A stretch of DNA of 64,000 nucleotides from Tubiluchus corallicola (lineage: Eukaryota > Animalia > Priapulida): contig JAQGDQ010000271.1 of NCBI GenBank assembly GCA_030141605.1, positions 247,350-311,349 of the forward strand. Reading direction: 5' to 3'. The translations under genes were made by a program, and so were the position numbers. This document shows positions 26,176 through 37,440 of the stretch, piece by piece (positions within the stretch are counted from its first letter, which is position 1; every line of letters begins with the position of its first letter). The notes beneath the pieces were generated by a model. It did not search any database. It was not told where the DNA came from and was given only the letters and a program-made list of their open reading frames with translations.

Positions 26176-28306
26176 GTATGTATAACTACTAGCTTGCAAT
26201 TCTTGTCTTGCATGTAGCTGCTGTATATACACATCTCTGGGTGATAGTTATGCGTACGTGTACAACCGGAAACATGGCGTTAGGGAGATTACCGAGGGTA
26301 TGTATAACTACTAGCTTGAAATTCTTGTCTGCATGTAGTTGCTATATATACACATCTCTGGGTGATAGTTATGCGTACGTGTACAACCGGAAACATGGTG
26401 TTAGGGAGATTACCGAGGGCATGTATAACTGCTAGCTTGCAATTCTTGTCTTGCATGTAGCTGCTGTATATACACATCTCTGGGTGATAGTTATGCGTAC
26501 GTGTACAACCGGAAACATGGCGTTAGGGAGATTACCGAGGGTATGTATAACTACTAGCTTGCAATTCTTGTCTTGCATGTAGCTGCTGTATATACACATC
26601 TCTGGGTGATAGTTATGCGTACGTGTACAACCGGAAACATGGTGTTAGGGAGATTACCGAGGGCATGTATAACTGCTAGCTTGCAATTCTTGTCTTGCAT
26701 GTAGCTGCTGTATATACACATCTCTGGGTGATAGTTATGCGTACGTGTACAACCAGAAACATGGTGTTAGGGAGATTACCGAGGGTATGTATAACTGCTA
26801 GCTTGCAATTCTTGTCTTGCATGTAGCTGCTGTATATACACATCTCTGGGTGATAGTTATGCGTACGTGTACAACCGGAAACATGGCGTTAGGGAGATTA
26901 CCGAGGGTATGTATAACTACTAGCTTGAAATTCTTGTCTGCATGTAGTTGCTATATATACACATCTCTGGGTGATAGTTATGCGTACGTGTACAACCGGA
27001 AACATGGCGTTAGGGAGATTACCGAGGGTATGTATAACTACTAGCTGACAATTCTTGTCTGCATGTAGTTGCTGTATATACACCTCTCTACTTGATAGTT
27101 ATGCGTATGTGTACAACCGGAAACATGGCGTTAGGGAGATTACCGAGGGTATGTATAACTACTAGCTTACAATTCTTGTCTCACATGTAGCTGCTGTATA
27201 TACACATCTCTGGGTGATAGTTATGCGTACGTGTACAACCGGAAACATGGCGTTAGGGAGATTACCGAGGGTATGTATAACTACTAGCTTGAAATTCTTG
27301 TCTGCATGTAGTTGCTGTATATACACCTCTCTACTTGATAGTTATGCGTATGTGTACAACCGGAAACATGGCGTTAGGGAGATTACCGAGGGTATGTATA
27401 ACTACTAGCTTGCAATTCTTGTCTTGCATGTAGCTGCTGTATATACACATCTCTGGGTGATAGTTATGCGTACGTGTACAACCAGAAACATGGTGTTAGG
27501 GAGATTACCGAGGGTATGTATAACTGCTAGCTTGCAATTCTTGTCTTGCATGTAGCTGCTGTATATACACATCTCTGGGTGATAGTTATGCGTACGTGTA
27601 CAACCGGAAACATGGCGTTAGGGAGATTACCGAGGGTATGTATAACTACTAGCTTGAAATTCTTGTCTGCATGTAGTTGCTATATATACACATCTCTGGG
27701 TGATAGTTATGCGTACGTGTACAACCGGAAACATGGCGTTAGGGAGATTACCGAGGGTATGTATAACTACTAGCTTGAAATTCTTGTCTGCATGTAGTTG
27801 CTGTATATACACCTCTCTACTTGATAGTTATGCGTATGTGTACAACCGGAAACATGGCGTTAGGGAGATTACCGAGGGTATGTATAACTACTAGCTTACA
27901 ATTCTTGTCTCACATGTAGCTGCTGTATATACACATCTCTGGGTGATAGTTATGCGTACGTGTACAACCGGAAACATGGCGTTAGGGAGATTACCGAGGG
28001 TATGTATAACTACTAGCTTGAAATTCTTGTCTGCATGTAGTTGCTGTATATACACCTCTCTACTTGATAGTTATGCGTATGTGTACAACCGGAAACATGG
28101 CGTTAGGGAGATTACCGAGGGTATGTATAACTACTAGCTTACAATTCTTGTCTCACATGTAGCTGCTGTATATACACATCTCTGGGTGATAGTTATGCGT
28201 ATGTGTACAACCGGAAACATGGCGTTAGGGAGATTACCGAGGGCATGTATAGCTACTAGCTTGCAATTCTTGTCTTACATGTAGCTGCTGTATATACACA
28301 TCTCTA
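26121..28306 (+). repeat. 121-122-bp tandem repeat, about 18 copies, each containing the 3' 55 nt of exon 5, its splice donor and the start of the intron
   Basis: 122-nt period (26121, 26243...); repeated ORFs GDSYAYVYNRKHGVREITEG; a 243-bp higher-order dimer in the distal half. Confidence 0.97.
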
Positions 28307-28415
28307 GTAAGTTTGACAATAAAATGAATTTATCGGCGATGTCCTTTTGCTGAATTGCAAAAACGCATCCAGAAAGATTGAAGCCATGAGTTTTTGTATC
28401 AGTAAATATTCTTCT

Positions 28416-28914
28416 TCTTCTTCTTCTTCCCTGCTTTTCCCTATTCGGGGTCGCCGTTGTGAATGAGTCTTCTCCACGCATTCCTGCTGTTGACCATCTC
28501 TTCAATTATGTCTTCAATTCCCACATGATCTTCACCGACTCTTCTTTTCAGATGTCCATACCATCGCAATCTTGCGAGGCTTCCACTACTTTTACTGTTC
28601 CTCTGATATTATTATTTCTAATTTTATCTCTTCTTGTTATTCCCACCATCCATCTCAACATCCTCATCTCCACCACATCCATTTTCTTCTCTTCGGTCTT
28701 CTTTAGAGAAGCTGCTTCCAGCCCATAGATTAGAGCGGGTCTGACCACTGCTTTGTGGACTTTACCTTTAAGTCTCACCGACTCATTCATAGAAGGTTTT
28801 GGCGTAGTTTTTACAGGCGGATGCCCTTCCTGACCCTAACCCTCCCTATTTATCCGGGCTTGGGACCGGCACTGAGTTGGGCTGGCTTGCCCCCCCCCTC
28901 CCAGTGGCTAGGTT
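28416..28914 (-). mobile_element. Bipartite non-autonomous RTE-clade retroelement (RTE 5' UTR, ORF2 C-terminal remnant, (GAA)n tail)
   Basis: TSD of about 27 bp (AGTTTTTGTATCAGTAAATATTCTTCT at 28389 and 28915); RTE-like peptide KAVVRPALIYG...EMRMLRWMVG.TRRDKIRN..IR; 5' end AACCTAGCCACTGGG...GTGCCGGTCCCAAGCCCGGATAAA. Confidence 0.88.
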
Positions 28915-29491
28915 AGTTTTTGTATCAGTAAATATTCTTCTGGAAAATCAGCAAATTTTTACACGAATTTTAAGAACTTGACTAATCTTATTTAACAAAT
29001 TCTTGAGAAATTTGGCATTAATATCGTCTGCTAGTAGAGAGCAGTAGAGAGTAATTTGCATGTTGCTAGTAGAGAGGAACTCAAACAACGACTAACAAAA
29101 CTACACCAGACAAACACATTACCTTTTTAATATAAATAACTTTGACCCACAATTAAAAACTTCAGTTTTTCTTTCTGTTAGTTCTCTACTAAGTTATGAA
29201 CAGAACGTTATTGTATTTGACCCGGTACAGCAATATATTGGTTCATCTAACCATTTTAATTATCTTAATTAACAAATGGAATAGTTATGTATATTTTGTG
29301 GTAGATTTGTTTTTCCTGTTAAACTACACTCCTGTAAATTTTGCAGTTTGATTCAACTCGATCAGCATTTATTTGCTGTTTGCCAAAGGCTGTTATTCCA
29401 AATAAATGTTTATTAAAAAAAATATCGTCTGTTTTAATAGAAACTTTGATGTGTCATTTTTTGTAGTCATTTCTATTGGTCGGTTTTGTAG

Positions 29492-30519
29492 GATCACATG
29501 ACCTGAATAGTGACCGTGATCTCCGGAATCCGGGTGGTGCTTTGGGACCAGTAGATGGAGGTAATCCTGATCTCACAAACTTAACCTGTTCCATGACCGT
29601 GTGTCGACCGGGAGACGTTGTTTTTCTGGCTAGTGACGGAATAACGGACAACTTCGATCCGGTCGTTGACCACATAGCTGTTGCGAAGAGTGACGAAGCC
29701 AATTGCACTGCCGGTCGCGGGAAGACTTACGGTAAAGGGGGTGCGAAGCCGTCTATGGACCCAGTCGAACGACATCGTGCGTCTCTGAAAGCGATGGAAG
29801 GCGTCATCAGAACGTTTGAAGAACTCCGCGAGAATCCGTGCACGCCCCAAGAGCTGTGCGCCGACCTGACGCAGCACGTGTTGAAGCTGACCGATTCCAG
29901 GAGGAAGGTGTTGGAGAATCCGAGCAACTACCGCAACGAAGCCGAGCTGAATCGTCGCGAGAAGCGCAAACGAGACAAGCGGCTACGGGAGTCGATGTTG
30001 ATGATGCCGGGAAAGCTTGACCACGCGTCCATCGTTGCATACGACGTCCGAGTCCGAGAATCAAAGTCGACGGAGAATAAAATTGCCACTTCTGTTTCTG
30101 GTAGCAATTTGAAGTCTTCTAGTCTTTCTCATGACACACAGTCCACCGGTGATCACGACTCCAGATCACCAGATTCGACAAATGGACCGCGGTCATCTAC
30201 GTCCAGTATTTCAAAACCCGAGAATCAGCCGTCTAGTAGACCTAATCCGCTACAGTCACCCGACTCGTCCACTGATCTTGAATCTCGTTATTTCACCGCA
30301 TCTGACCGAATGGCCAATCCGAGTGAATTCCTGTGGACCGAGAATCCGGGGTATTCAAGCCCGTGTGCAGTCACCTCTTCAAGTTCGAGCTCGAAATCTC
30401 CGGAGAACGGCGATCGTGTAAGCCCCCAGCTCTTGAGTAACGAAGAGAGCAGCAGTACGTCGCCTCCCTCGGATGGCTGGGAGTTTATTCCAGGGGAAAA
30501 CTTTGCTACGAAAAATTAG
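29492..30519 (+). CDS. PP2C-like gene terminal exon 6 (GSHD...PGGALGPVDGGNPDLTNL...FLASDGITDNFDP...GKLDHASIVAY plus Ser-rich tail)
   Basis: PP2C metal-binding motifs SDG(I)xDN and D-H-A-S-I. Full join 14701-14753, 21769-21947, 22891-23028, 25389-25570, 25974-26175, 29492-30519 is phase-consistent. Confidence 0.95.
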
Positions 30520-31081
30520 CAATTAGGTACGAAGCTTTAACTTTCTTTTACGGAACATACGGATACGCAACTTCCTCAGTACAAAATTCAGTTCAAGGTT
30601 AAGCTACTCAACTTGCTAGTTCCACCAGTTACTTGTATTAATTTTAGTTTTCATTAAACTTCATAACAAACTCATTAGCAATGGTGACAGGTCTTTCATG
30701 TAAGCTAAATTCCACTGCAATGCAATGGCAACCGTACTCAGCCAGCTGTTTGTGGTGAGACCAGTACCTAGGTCAATATTAAGGCATGAGACGAGCCACC
30801 GAACTGACAGCGGTATATTACTTGTGTTCAGGTGTAGGTAGACCTTCCCTTAATGAAGGAAGACTGTAACATTCTTGTATTTGATGGTATCTGGTATAAG
30901 TTCATGTGTTTACTTCTTCAATGTTTAGCATTGACAGTTATGTAATCTTGTCAAATGTGTGCAGGCTGTTTAACGAGGCAGATCTTTTTTCAAATTACTA
31001 AGCGATCTTTTTGTTACGAAGTGTGCAGTGCAGGCAAAGCTAATTTCAGTCACGTATAAAATAATAAAGCTTTGTTACCAG

Positions 31082-31380
31082 ACGGCTTAGTCTAGTGGTA
31101 ATGCGTCTGCTTTCCGTCTGGGAGGTCGTGAGTTCGAACCAGCGGCCGGGTCATTCCAAAGACTTTAAAAATGGTACCTGCTGCTGCCCTGCCTGACGCG
31201 TGGTTTTTAGGGTAAAAGTGGGGTAATAATAGTCTCTGTTATGTAGTTGTAGGTTGTTATTTACAGTCGGCGATAATAGCTCTTTGAGTTAATGTTAATT
31301 GTTGACCCAAAAGCCGACTTTTAATAAAGATTATTATTATTATTATTATTATCATTATTATTATTATTATTATTATTATT
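31082..31380 (+). mobile_element. tRNA-headed Meta-type SINE, copy 2, with long (ATT)n tail
   Basis: B-box GTTCGAACC; near-identical to 24582-24845. Confidence 0.82.
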
Positions 31381-31569
31381 AAGATTTGTTGATAAAATAA
31401 TAAAACTGTGGGTAAGTTTAGCGGCAACAATCTTCATGGAATGTTCCTTCCGCCATTTTAAATGTTTTATTACTTAAAAGTTTTATTTTCAATTTGCACA
31501 GGTTTCCGATGGAAGTCAATTCATACAGTGAACACTCAAGACGTGAAATGTAGCATGATGAATTCGTTG

Positions 31570-32398
31570 TTTGAAAGGCAAAGAAACCGAGTTCAGCTTA
31601 AATGTATTGTTTCACATGTTGGTTGGGGGGTTGTTTGTTTGTTTTGTTGGTTGGGGGGTTGTGTTTTGTTTGTTTTGTTGGTTGGGGAAACCGAGTTCAG
31701 CTAAATGTATTGTTTCACATGTTGGTTGATAGGCAAAGAAACCGAGTTCAGCCTAAATGTATTGTTTCACATGTTGGTTGATAGGCAAAGAAACCGAGTT
31801 CAGCCTAAATGTATTGTTTCACATGTTGGTTGAAAGGCAAAGAAACCGTGTTCAGCCTAAATGTATTGTTTCACATGTTGGTTGAAAGGCAAAGAAACCG
31901 AGTTCAGCTTAAATGTATTGTTTCACATGTTGGTTGAAAGGCAAAGAAACCGAGTTCAGCTTAAATGTATTGTTTCACATGTTGGTTGATAGGCAAAGAA
32001 ACCGAGTTCAGCTTAAATGTATTGTTTCACATGTTGGTTGATAGGCAAAGAAACCGAGTTCAGCCTAAATGTATTGTTTCACATGTTGGTTGAAAGGCAA
32101 AGAAACCGTGTTCAGCCTAAATGTTTGTTTTGTTGGTTGGGGGGTTGTTTGTTTGTTTTGTTGGTTGTGGGGGTTGTTTGTTTGTTTTGTTGGTTGTGGG
32201 GGTTGTTGTGTGTTTTGTTGGTTGTGGGGGTTGTTTGTTTGTTTTGTTGGTTGGGGGGTTGTTTGTTTGTTTTGTTGGTTGTGGGGGTTGTTTGTGTGTT
32301 TTGTTGGTTGTGGGGGTTCAGCTTAAATGTATTGTTTCACATGTTGGTTGATAGGCAAAGAAACAAAGTTCAGCTTAAATGTAGTGTTTCACATGTTG
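31570..32398. repeat. 52-bp minisatellite (AAATGTATTGTTTCACATGTTGGTTGAAAGGCAAAGAAACCGAGTTCAGCCT) interrupted by GT-rich repeats of about 30 bp
   Basis: 52-nt period; G/T-only blocks at about 31620-31690 and 32123-32318. Confidence 0.92.
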
Positions 32399-32912
32399 GA
32401 ACAGCATTGTACATGTTAAGTTAGTTAAGGCTTCGTGTTCACCAGTATTAGAAGCCATCCTAGCATCACGAATACGTTCTACTTTCGCTCTCGCCATATT
32501 CTTGTTTGCCTTGCAACGTTGTGACAAATTTTTGCAAGAATCAAAAATGACAACGTGTCTTTCGTTTGCTTTTACGCCATGTTGAATATGTGATGCAGTT
32601 TCAACTTGAGTCGTATACACGTTTCAAAACTATTATTTAAGAGTAAAGGGTTGTTTTGTATATACATTGTGGTGATATTAGAATAGCTGCTGACATTTTA
32701 TCCCGCAATTCCTGTAAATATCCAATTCATAAACCTGTAAAAGTATCTTTGTATTATTGCCATCGAGAGTTTGAATCTCCGTGTTTTTAACTGTGAACTA
32801 GGTGAATATAGTTGTTATTTTTTCTTGTATAATATTACGTGGATTGACTGTACAGGTTGTGACTGTTATTAGTGGTTGTTGTTGTTGTTGTTAGTTGAAA
32901 AAATGCATAGTT

Positions 32913-34124
32913 TATAGGTTTTACGTGTCAAATATAGACCTGCGTTAACTCAAATGTAGATTTAGGTAATTCAAATGTGTCTTAGTAACTCAAATGTAGA
33001 TTTAGGTAGTTCAAGTGTGTCTTAGTAACTCAAATGTACATTTAGGTAGTTCAAATGTGTCTTGGTAACTCAAATGTAGACTTAGGTAATTCAAATGTGT
33101 CTTGGTAACACAAATGCAGATTTAGGTAGTTCAAATGTGTTAACAATGGTTTTCAACAAATCTTGAGCGCTTTTGGTAAGTCAAATGTAGACACATGTCA
33201 AGTCAAATGTGACATTGGTATCTCAAATGTGGATAGGTGGTAAAGCTTAAGGATGTTAAATTTAATCTTCTTTAATTTCAATTTAATAATTGCTCTTAAG
33301 TTAAAATAACAACGTTAACGTTCACTAATATTCTGTAAACTTTACATATCATTGGAACTGTTAGAGAAAACAATACATTCTTAAAATAAACAATGTTTCT
33401 TGAGAGAAACTAATTCATTAATGCAGTGCTAATGCATTACTTAAAAAACTAATTAGTGATTCACTGTTCATTGGGAAGTGGGAACCAATTCCACTACATT
33501 CTTAACGTTAATTGCATCTACATTTGACTTACCTAAGTCACATTTGAGTTACCAAAACACATTCGAAATTCCTATGTCTACATTTGACTTACCTAAGTCA
33601 CATTTGAACTTTCCTGTGTCTACATTTGACTTACCTAAGTCACATTTGAACTTTCCTGTGTCTACATTTGACTTACCTAAGTCACATTTGAACTTTCCTG
33701 TGTCTACATTTGACTTACCTAAGTCACATTTGAACTTTCCTGTGTCTACATTTGACTTACCTAAGTCACATTTGAACTTTCCTATGTCTACATTTGACTT
33801 ACCTAAGTCACATTTGAACTTTCCTGTGTCTAAATTTGACTTACCTAAGTCACATTTGAGTTACGAAAACACATTCGAAATTCCCATGTCTACATTTGAC
33901 TTACCTAAGTCACATTTGAACTTTCCTGTGTCTACATTTGACTTACCTAAGTCACATTTGAACTTTCGTGTGTCTACATTTGACTTACCTAAGTCACATT
34001 TGAACTTTCCTATGTCTACATTTGACTTACCTGAGTCACATTTGAACTTTTCTGTGTCTACATTTGACTTACCTAAGTCACATTTGAACTTTCCTGTGTC
34101 TACATTTGACGTGTAAAACCTATA
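32913..34124. mobile_element. Foldback-like MITE, copy 2, with expanded 39-40-bp subterminal arrays
   Basis: Same termini as 4221-4696; the left 40-bp array and right 39-bp array are inverted relatives. Confidence 0.85.
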
Positions 34125-35042
34125 GTAACTCGGGTATCGTGATATTCGTTTATTAAATGTCTAAATGTTGTTGTTGTAATGCCAGCTGCACGTTCAGCAG
34201 TGCTTTTTAAATTTGGTGCTGTGAATTTTGTTACGCAGTTTCGCATCTGATGCTTGGTGAAGCTGTACAAGTTCCAATTTTCTGTAACACAGAGCTTGCG
34301 ACGCCAGCTTACTGTCCTGGACAATATTGCACAGTGAATTTACGTTAAAAGGTCTGTGATTTACGTTTGCTGTGTGTGAGAATCATGTTGATGCAAAAAC
34401 TGTTGTTAATTTTCTTGGTTTTAACGCAAAATTTTCATTCAGCGTGTACTGAATGATACTGTGTGTACTTAATATAGTTAACGGAAAACCGGATGATCGT
34501 GTAAACATGAGTTCAGAATAAAGAATGCTCTAAAATATTGAAAACTACAATAGCTTTTTTTAAATCAAAACTTAGACTAAATAATAATTACCTCAGATAC
34601 TCAAATTTGTTAAACTTTCAAAGTTACGCGCGGCTCAGTGAATCTACTAAGATTGGCAGCGGAGCCTTTTTTGTCACACGTGCGTGGCCGACAAATAGAA
34701 GGCGGTACCATGATAACCGTGACCATGAACTGCAGAGTTAGTTTCTGACGTCATGTGACGTAGAGCCCATTTTTCATTACATCATGCGTTTAAACAGTAA
34801 CTCTTATGCCAATGTGCTTGACACGCAAGGGAAGACGCCTGCCACTGCACAAACTGACGTTAGTTTCTGAAGTAAGCAATAGCTGTGTTCGGTTAAGCTA
34901 CTTTCTAAGCTAATTATTCAAATACCAGAAAGAATTACTAACTTTTATAGGCAAGATGATATATATTTTGGAGTGTAAATTAAAATGAGATCGAGTCTAA
35001 ACAATCATCCGGTCTTCCTTTAATAATGCAGGTCTAAGTGGT

Positions 35043-35975
35043 TCCGTATCTCAAACATGCCTTGCACTGGCTTCCCGTATCTCAAACATGCCTTGCACTG
35101 GCTTCCCGTATCTCAAACATGGGTTGCACTGGCTTCCCGTACCTCAAACATGCCTTGCACTGGCTTCCCGTACCTCAAACATGCCTTCCACTGGCTTCCC
35201 GTACCTCAAACATGCCTTGCACTGGCTTCCCGTACCTCGAACATGCCTTGCACTGGCTTCCCGTACCTCAAACATGCCTTGCACTGGCTTCCCGTACCTC
35301 AAACATGCCTTGCACTGGCTTCCCGTACCTCAAACATGCCTTCCACTGGCTTCCCGTACCTCGAACATGCCTTGCACTGGCTTCCCGTACCTCAAACATG
35401 CCTTGCACTGGCTTCCCGTATCTCAAACATGCCTTGCACTGGCTTCCCGTACCTCAAACATGCCTTCCACTGGCTTCCCGTATCTCAAACATGCCTTGCT
35501 CTGGCTTCCCGTACCTCAAACATGCCTTGCACTGCCTTCCCGTACCTCAAACATGCCTTCCACTGGCTTCCCGTACCTCAAACATGCCTTCCACTGGCTT
35601 CCCGTATCTCAAACATGCCTTCCACTGGCTTCCCGTACCTCAAACATGCCTTCCACTGGCTTCCCGTACCTCAAACATGCCTTCCACTGGCTTCCCGTAC
35701 CTCAAACATGCCTTCCACTGGCTTCCCGTACCTCAAACATGCCTTCCACTGGCTTACCGTATCTCAAACATGCCTTCCACTGGCTTCCCATACCTCAAAC
35801 ATGCCTTGCACTGGCTTCCCGTACCTCAAACATGCCTTGCACTGGCTTCCCATACCTCAAACATGCCTTGCACTGGCTTACCATATCTCAAACATGCCTT
35901 GCACTGGCTTCCCATACCTCAAACATGCCTTGCACAGGCTTTCCATATCTCAAACATGCCTTGCACTGGCTTCCG
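35043..35975. repeat. 31-bp minisatellite, about 30 copies (TCAAACATGCCTTGCACTGGCTTCCCGTACC)
   Basis: 31-nt period. Confidence 0.97.
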
Positions 35976-36419
35976 ATACTTTCTCACGTCTTTCCATAGT
36001 ACGTCGGTAACAACTCTCGATTTTTTTACGTATTTCTTGACTTTCTACAGTAATATTTTAGAAAATGTAAAATTTGTGCTTCTGCTAAAACAGTCCGCGG
36101 CTCAAAAAGGTACCAGAAAACGTGTAAAAAGACATTGGAAATCCCTCGAAGCCATGGAAACACGTAGGGTTTCAAATTAACACGGTGTTGCAGACCACCT
36201 TTTCATTTCAAGTAAGATACAAACTCTTAACTTCTACTTATCAGATTTTTTGTAGAGCTTATTTTTTTATACACTTTTCATCATAAGACGTAAGTGTTAA
36301 AAATGTCGTGTGACAATGGTTTATATTTTTATGTTAACAATGTACTATTATCAATAAAAAAGCTTTTGTTGGTTGGATGTGAAGTGCATGTTTTATGATT
36401 TCATTCCACTCTGTAAATA

Positions 36420-36870
36420 CAGTCAACCTCAGATATAAGGGACCTCGGGACCGGAAAAAACCGTCCCTTATGTCCGATGTCCCTTATAGCCGAAGTTGAG
36501 TCAGACCGAGGGTGTATCTAGACCTGTACTTTTACCCATATTTTTATGGATTATTGCTACACATTCAGTGCAAAATGGTATGTAAGAAGCTCCCTCAGTG
36601 ATGTGATATGTATGTGACCGTGGAAACCGAGCTGTTCGAAGGCCGAGTTTGTGAAAAATTGAGGTGAAAAATCGATCTAATTTCGCTTTGATCATAGGAT
36701 CCCTCATATGCGAGGTAATTTAACTGGGTTTCTATTACGCGGGACCTGAAGATATCGTCCCTTATATCCGAGTAAATTATATACAAAGATTACGAAAAAC
36801 GTTACGAAAAATTGGGACCAATGTTGGTGGTCGCCTATAAGCGAATGTCCCTTATACCCGATGTTGACTG
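36420..36870. mobile_element. Tc1/mariner-pogo type MITE
   Basis: TA|CAGTCAACCTC.GATATAAGGGAC...GTCCCTTATACCCGATGTTGACTG|TA; TA TSD. Confidence 0.88.
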
Positions 36871-37440
36871 TAACAGATGCATTTCGCAAACAATCGTACA
36901 GCAGTGACATTACAGCCAATAAGAATAAATTTAGTGTCGCCTCAGTTGTAAAACAAAACGTATGAAATTAATTCTAAGGAAACTCGCACATAAAATTAAT
37001 ATTAATCGTCGAATTGTGACAATCAAAAGCAAAAAACTTTATTTTGGAAGAAGCGGCTTCCACAAAAACACTTATTTACAAAACAGCAGTTCAGTAATTT
37101 ATACAAACTCAACAAAATCATACACAAGTAAATACTATAGTAAAAAAAAGAGATACAAATGACTAGTCAGAAACAATTTAGTCCATCAAATTTAGTCTGA
37201 AATCTAAAAGAGCATGGTAAACCCCCACTATAACACTAATTTGGGGAGTCGCATCCAAATTACGTTATAACGAGGGATTTACTATACTGCAAATCATGTA
37301 AATCTAATGTGAAGACATTATTTATTTGTACTAAAAAGTAGATTACCACAACACAATCGCATTTATGTGGAATAAATAAATGAGTAATGAAAAATGAATT
37401 TGATTAAGAACGATCAGAAAGTACATGAAAGAAATTTTCT

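Noticed and set aside
33478-34116. 212-aa ORF of STFDLPKSHLNFP repeats (also 43996-44825 and 51630-52275)
   Set aside because: Transposon subterminal or intronic tandem repeats with unit lengths divisible by 3.
35038-36180. ORFs of 303-380 aa
   Set aside because: Translations of the 31-bp minisatellite.
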